From the NCBI GenBank assembly GCA_041666045.1, contig JBAYHR010000001.1, positions 21,107 to 85,106 on the forward strand: a stretch of 64,000 nt of DNA, given 5' to 3'. Below the pieces are notes generated by a model. It had not been told where the DNA came from and ran no database searches. It was given only the letters and a program-made list of their open reading frames with translations. The position numbers and the translations under genes are program-made. Of the stretch, positions 59,071-64,000 are shown in pieces. Every line of letters starts with the position of its first letter. Position 1 is the first letter of the stretch. Origin of the DNA: Minisyncoccota bacterium. Its GTDB lineage: Bacteria > Patescibacteriota > Minisyncoccia > Phycocordibacterales > UBA9973.

Positions 59071-59072
59071 TT

Positions 59073-60374
59073 TTATGAATTTTTAATTTCTATAGAAATT
59101 CCAAGCTTTTGAAAATCATTAACAATATTTTCATAACCCCGAAATATTTGTTGACAATTTTCCAAAATAGCTACTCCACGTCTTCCAACTGCTCCAATTA
59201 TAGCAGCAGCCCCAGCACGAATATCAGGAACTTTAACATTTAATGATTTTTTTATCATATTATGTTTTCCAGATATCTGCGTTAGTTGTCCTATCCCTGA
59301 TATTTTATATCCCATTTCATCTAAAATAGAAACATGAGATAGTCTTTTGTCATAGACAGTATCAAAAATTGTTGTAACTCCAGGAAAACAACATAGAGCA
59401 GCAGCAACCACAGGTCCAACATCTGTCGGTAACCCAGGCCATGGTTCGCACATTAAATAACCAGGATGCCGAAGATCTTTTTGATTAACCCTTATCCTAA
59501 TACCAGGTTCCGTATTTTCATAAAAAACTCCTAAATTTTTTAAAAGTTTTTTCATAAAAAGTGGGATACGATGTACATCTTGAAATACAATGTCTGCCTT
59601 ACCGCAAGCAATTCCTGCACAAACATAGGTAGTTATAATTGTATAATCATATGGCACATTTACCTGAATATTCTTATGTGCATTTTCTGTTTTAGTTGCT
59701 GGACCTAGATAAATTGATCTACCAGTTTGCACAATTTTTCTATTATCAACTGATCTGAGTAAATCAACCAGGGTCTGTACAGCTGGTTCTAAAGCGCAAT
59801 TGTTTAGAATCATTGTATTGTTATATATCAATGAAGCAATCAGCGCATGACAGGTTACACCAACACTCTGACCAAAATTAGTAGAGCAGTCAAATTCAAT
59901 CTGCTGAGGAATTTTTTCTAAAGTAAAAGTGAACAATTGATCTACTTGATTTAAATTTCCTCCAAACGCAAAAAGAAGTTCTAAATGTTTCCCTATTGGA
60001 CGGTTAGTAAAATTACAACCACCAACATTTGAGAAAAAGCTGACCGAACCATACTTAAGCATACATGCTGAAGTTAGACAGATACTTCCCCTAATATGAG
60101 ATATTTTAGTTAGATCAATTTTATTATTATGATCAATTACTAAAGTTTCAAAATAACCATCTTCGGATTTAAAGTCAAAATTTAAACTTTTGTTAAGCCA
60201 TGCTTTTAAGCTTTGCACATCTTCACATTTAGCCAAATTTCTAATCCTTAAATTATTTGTCATCATAGTTGAAGCGAGAAGTAGATGAACTGAGGCAATC
60301 TTATCGCCATACCCATTTACTAATCCTGAAAAAGACAGAGTCTTTTCACTTTTAATTTCTAGTACTTTATCCAT
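59073..60374 (-). CDS. enolpyruvyl transferase family protein (MurA-like)
   Basis: Length and two-domain pattern. C-terminal DIRAGAAAIIGAVGRRGVAILENCQQIFRGYENIVNDFQKLG resembles the MurA tail. Confidence 0.5.
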   Translation of the reverse strand: MDKVLEIKSEKTLSFSGLVNGYGDKIASVHLLLASTMMTNNLRIRNLAKCEDVQSLKAWLNKSLNFDFKSEDGYFETLVIDHNNKIDLTKISHIRGSICLTSACMLKYGSVSFFSNVGGCNFTNRPIGKHLELLFAFGGNLNQVDQLFTFTLEKIPQQIEFDCSTNFGQSVGVTCHALIASLIYNNTMILNNCALEPAVQTLVDLLRSVDNRKIVQTGRSIYLGPATKTENAHKNIQVNVPYDYTIITTYVCAGIACGKADIVFQDVHRIPLFMKKLLKNLGVFYENTEPGIRIRVNQKDLRHPGYLMCEPWPGLPTDVGPVVAAALCCFPGVTTIFDTVYDKRLSHVSILDEMGYKISGIGQLTQISGKHNMIKKSLNVKVPDIRAGAAAIIGAVGRRGVAILENCQQIFRGYENIVNDFQKLGISIEIKNS

Positions 60375-60640
60375 AATTTACAGTATTTTTTTTATCAATG
60401 AGCAATATTACTCACTCAAAGAGTACCATACTTGGTAATAAAATACAATAGCTGTTTTTTCTTAAATTAAAAGAATTTTTTTTTTTTAATATTTTTATTT
60501 TTTATGTTATAATAAATTTATGCTACCAGAATTTCCAAAAATGAAATCCATAGAACTTTCAGACAGGGAAGATGTGGAAAAAATAACTAAAAAATATCCT
60601 CCATATTTAATATGTTTTATTTTTATGTTATAATGACTCT

Positions 60641-61081
60641 ATGGAAGAAGAAGTAATAAAAAAAGAAGAAAAAGGTCATAATATTTTTTTATATATAATG
60701 TTAGCAGGGTGTCTTATTACAATAATCACTTCTTTTTATTTTTTTTATTTTAAAAAGGATTATGATTTTTTTGTAGAAACAGAATGTAATTCTGAAACAG
60801 AAACTTGTTTTTATCGTGATTGTGAAAATGAACCTGATATATGTCCGCCAAATAGTTTTTCTTATTACAATCAATACACTATTTCTGCTAATGATTTTAA
60901 ATATTGTGGCAATAATGAAGATTGCACAGAGGCTTGTGCTACTGGTCTTATAAATTGTGAAAAAGTAGAATGTACTGAGGTGGATATAGCTGATGGTATA
61001 TGTTTAGAACCTATTTTAAATACTGAAAATATAGAAATTACAGAAGATAATATTGAAAATATTGATAATTTAGAGAATTAA
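60641..61081 (+). CDS. small acidic cysteine-rich membrane-anchored protein
   Basis: N-terminal TM then about 14 Cys in 100 aa (CNSETETCFYRDCENEPDICPP...). Confidence 0.4.
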   Translation: MEEEVIKKEEKGHNIFLYIMLAGCLITIITSFYFFYFKKDYDFFVETECNSETETCFYRDCENEPDICPPNSFSYYNQYTISANDFKYCGNNEDCTEACATGLINCEKVECTEVDIADGICLEPILNTENIEITEDNIENIDNLEN

Positions 61082-61084
61082 CTA

Positions 61085-61103
61085 CTTGTCCCGTACTAAA
61101 TTT
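61085..61103 (+). promoter_or_regulatory. orphan 5' arm of the leader hairpin element (CTTGTCCCGTACTAAATTT)
   Basis: Identical to the 5' arm at 24717-24735. No complementary 3' arm found before ATG 61160. Confidence 0.35.
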
Positions 61104-61159
61104 TTGAATAAAAACATTACGATTAAATATAATTAGAAAAAAATGAATAAATATTATTA

Positions 61160-62404
61160 ATGAAAATAAATAATGAAAAAATAAATACTGACCCTGTTGT
61201 TCCTGAGAGTGTTCTTAATATGTATAAAATTGATGGGCAAGAAAATGTTTACTACGAACATTATGTAAAGAGTAAGAGACTTTTTGAATCTAAAATTGAT
61301 CATTCTGAAATTTGCAAAGAAGACGAGTCTTTAATAATAAAGACTAGAAATGAAATTTTAAGACAACCTAAGGATCAAATTATTTTTTATATTATAAGAG
61401 CATTAGAAAATAGTAATATTGAAATACAAAGAATTGGAGCCTCTTTAATAAAAAATGTGCCAAAAGAACAAAGAAAAGATTTGAGTATTCTAGTTTACAA
61501 AAAAGTCATCGACGACTTAAATAACAAAAATATACAAATACAAAGAATAGCAATGAATATGATTCAGTTTATTCCAGAAGATAAACAGGAACAACTAAGG
61601 GAAATTGTTTTGGAAAAGATTATTGATGCATTTAATTCCAGTAATGTGGATGAATGGAGAATTATGGCAAAAAAAATTAATTTTGCACCAAATAGAGAGC
61701 AAGATAATTTGCACGAAATTGTCTACGGAAAAGTAATTGATGCACTTAACCAAGATGATTTAAGAATTCAAAGATTGGCCGCTGTTATGGTACGATATGC
61801 GCCTACCACCAAGCAAGTTGAATTAGAAAATCTTGTTAAAGATAAATTTGAATTGGCCAAGAGAGAAGGAAAATCTAAAGAAATTATAGAGTCACCTCTA
61901 TATATGAAAAGTGAGGAAGGTAGAAATTCAACTTTTTCCCGTGAGATTTTTTCAAAAACGGGTTCTGAAACTACATTATTACTTGGAAAACAATTTAGAG
62001 ATAATTTAATTTTTAGACACATAGAAGAGTCATCTTTTTTAGCATGGAAAAATGCATATGAAAGTCACATTAATTGGCTAAAAGCTGGTTTTGATTATGT
62101 ACCCATCGAACCAATGTATTCATTTCATTATGATCATAATAATAAATTAGTTAATGTTGCATCTGGTGTTTTGGATATAAATCTAGAAGAATGGTATGCA
62201 TTTTCAGGCAATACTTTTAAAAACGACTTAGACAAACAAAAAAATAAAATTCTTGATGTATTAACAGGTTTAAGTATAAATCATGGTCATCCAAATGATT
62301 CAAACTTCTGTTTGCGTTTTTATAGAGATAAAAAAGGAAAGGTTGATATTAATAAAATTCCAAAAATCTATTTGATAGATTTTGATAAAGCTACAAAGCA
62401 ATAA
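61160..62404 (+). CDS. alpha-helical repeat protein (HEAT/ARM-like ~36-aa repeats)
   Basis: Four or five repeats of IQRI(A)..MI...P..Q..L...V..K.ID.LN. Confidence 0.45.
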   Translation: MKINNEKINTDPVVPESVLNMYKIDGQENVYYEHYVKSKRLFESKIDHSEICKEDESLIIKTRNEILRQPKDQIIFYIIRALENSNIEIQRIGASLIKNVPKEQRKDLSILVYKKVIDDLNNKNIQIQRIAMNMIQFIPEDKQEQLREIVLEKIIDAFNSSNVDEWRIMAKKINFAPNREQDNLHEIVYGKVIDALNQDDLRIQRLAAVMVRYAPTTKQVELENLVKDKFELAKREGKSKEIIESPLYMKSEEGRNSTFSREIFSKTGSETTLLLGKQFRDNLIFRHIEESSFLAWKNAYESHINWLKAGFDYVPIEPMYSFHYDHNNKLVNVASGVLDINLEEWYAFSGNTFKNDLDKQKNKILDVLTGLSINHGHPNDSNFCLRFYRDKKGKVDINKIPKIYLIDFDKATKQ

Positions 62405-62468
62405 GTTTTTTTATTTATATAAACCTTAAAATATTTGTTATTGTTATATTTTATGTTATTATATTTTT

Positions 62469-63032
62469 ATGACTAAATATATTTTTGACTTTGATGATGT
62501 GTTATTTTTTAATACAGAGAAATTTAAAAAACATATGTATAAGTGTTTCGAGGAGATTGGAGTTCAATATGATACAGTAAAAAAATACTATAGGATTGAA
62601 AAAGAAAAAGGTTGGGTTCTTCATAATTTAGTCGCTTCAGTTTTGAAAGGCGAAAACTTGAATTTAATCAGTAAAGAGGAATTAACCGAAAAAATAATGG
62701 GAGAATGCAAAAATTTTATTAATAAAGAACTTATTGATCAAATAAAGCAATTGGAGACGGAAAATTGCTACATGGTTACTCATGGTGTAAAAGAATATCA
62801 GCTTGAAAAGATAAATAGAACTGGACTTAAACCACTTTTTACTCAAATATTTATTGTTCAAGATACAAAAAAAGGGCCAGTGGAAATGATCTGTGAACAG
62901 TTTAAGGATAATGAAGTTGTTTTTATTGACGATAAGGAAAAAAGATTTGCGGACTTAGATTTTGTAAAATATACAAATTTACGAAAAGTGCTATATGTTG
63001 GACCAAAAAGTATAGCTGAAATTTTTCAATAA
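62469..63032 (+). CDS. HAD-superfamily hydrolase
   Basis: Motif I YIFDFDDVLF near the N-terminus. C-terminal FIDDKEKRF resembles motif IV. Confidence 0.6.
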   Translation: MTKYIFDFDDVLFFNTEKFKKHMYKCFEEIGVQYDTVKKYYRIEKEKGWVLHNLVASVLKGENLNLISKEELTEKIMGECKNFINKELIDQIKQLETENCYMVTHGVKEYQLEKINRTGLKPLFTQIFIVQDTKKGPVEMICEQFKDNEVVFIDDKEKRFADLDFVKYTNLRKVLYVGPKSIAEIFQ

Positions 63033-63040
63033 AGATAAAT

Positions 63041-64000
63041 ATGGAAAAATTCGACAAATTGATACCATTAGATAAATCTTGGCTTACAAGAGTTGGGGTT
63101 TTAGATATCATTAATAATTATACTGATATTGAAAAATTTATTGATAGTCAAGAAGATACAAATGATGATATTTTAGCTATTAAAAATGCAAGCACAGCGT
63201 GGCGGAACAATCAGCGAATAGATGTTGGAGAGTCAGCGACATTATACAGGCTTCTTAAATTTGCATCATGGAAATTTAAGATTAGTAAGACTTTTATTAA
63301 AAAAGGAAGTTTAAAAGATAGAAAAATTACTGATAATCCAAATATTGTAAATTTTAATCAAACTAAACTTTTAAAGCTTGATAATGGAACAACTCAATGG
63401 GCTACTGCCACAGTGATCTGTGGAGATAAAGAAAGATTAACTAATCCGCCATTAAAATTAAAAGAAACGTATAATGCAGTTGAGCATTGGAAAATACGAC
63501 GTAAAAAAGGTTTATGTTGGGAGCCAAAATATGATGAGTCAATTGAAAAACAAATCAAAGCTTTTTTAGATTTGTTAAATAATAAAGAAATAAATTATAC
63601 ACCTCTATGTTCAGACGATTATTGCTTTGCCAGAGTTTTTAATTTTATAAATAAAGAGAATGGAGAAAAATTTTGGCCAAGTTTGATTGGACATGAAACT
63701 AATAGAATAGAAGAAATGGAGTATGCTATAAAGGATGCTGAAGAAACTGGTAACATAACCTCAAAAGATCACAGAGTCATACAAGCACTTGCAATGTGGG
63801 GAGTAGCTAATAATAAAAAGCTTATTTTTGAAAATCCTAACTCTGTAAATAAATCATGGCCCCAATTTTGGAATTTTTTAATATTGGTTAAAAAAAAGAA
63901 AGGTAATTATATATATGACAATAGGATAAATAAACCTAGTCAAAAATACGAAAAATTATCTGATAAAAAAATCATTAATTTAATTTCTAACGAAGTTAAA
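63041..64000 (+). CDS. hypothetical protein (3' end outside window)
   Basis: Open frame of 320 codons from ATG 63041 to the window end. No stop. Absent from the supplied track. Confidence 0.4.
   Translation, partial: MEKFDKLIPLDKSWLTRVGVLDIINNYTDIEKFIDSQEDTNDDILAIKNASTAWRNNQRIDVGESATLYRLLKFASWKFKISKTFIKKGSLKDRKITDNPNIVNFNQTKLLKLDNGTTQWATATVICGDKERLTNPPLKLKETYNAVEHWKIRRKKGLCWEPKYDESIEKQIKAFLDLLNNKEINYTPLCSDDYCFARVFNFINKENGEKFWPSLIGHETNRIEEMEYAIKDAEETGNITSKDHRVIQALAMWGVANNKKLIFENPNSVNKSWPQFWNFLILVKKKKGNYIYDNRINKPSQKYEKLSDKKIINLISNEVK

Noticed and set aside
1-64000. Searched for rRNA, tmRNA, RNase P RNA, CRISPR arrays, transposases, integrases and prophage genes
   Set aside because: No sequence or ORF with the characteristic signatures was seen. 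The repeats present are short in-frame elements and promoter/leader duplications instead.

Overview
This 64 kb window is AT-rich (about 30% GC) and looks like a reduced-genome bacterium, plausibly Patescibacteria/CPR. That is inferred from compact versions of IF-2, AlaRS and DnaJ and from many small secreted or membrane proteins. The backbone is housekeeping. It starts with the 3' end of gyrA. A minus-strand tRNA cluster (Leu-TAG, Lys-CTT, Leu-TAA, Cys-GCA) sits next to rbfA-infB. Then come cysteine desulfurase, clpB, tRNA-Tyr, typA/bipA, mltG, a DnaQ-like exonuclease, mnmA, a short alaS, and infA-rpmJ-rpsM-rpsK-rpsD-rpoA-rplQ-rplM-rpsI. grpE, dnaK and a zinc-finger-less dnaJ are separated by inserted paralogous gene pairs. 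A methyl-cycle cluster (ahcY, PfkB kinase, metK) and cell-wall/hydrolase genes (MurA-like, GSCFA, serine hydrolase) follow. The unusual content is as follows. (1) A tandem array of five paralogous secreted proteins (3303-6095) share a pilin-like C-terminal two-TM domain. (2) Two adjacent paralogous FtsK/HerA/VirD4-like ATPases lie between dnaK and dnaJ. (3) Two adjacent paralogous large cysteine-rich proteins, each internally duplicated, lie between grpE and an ABC exporter. (4) Two families of short GC-rich elements are inserted in frame into conserved genes, in the manner of Rickettsia palindromic elements (mnmA and a PaaX-like gene; infA and rpoA). (5) A repeated hairpin-forming 5' leader element (ACTTGTCCCGTTAGAAATT ... 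AATTTCTAATGGG-ATG) occurs six times, with its 3' arm ending exactly at the start codon of the downstream gene. (6) Several near-identical promoter/leader modules are duplicated between unrelated genes. No CRISPR array, rRNA, transposase or integrase was seen.
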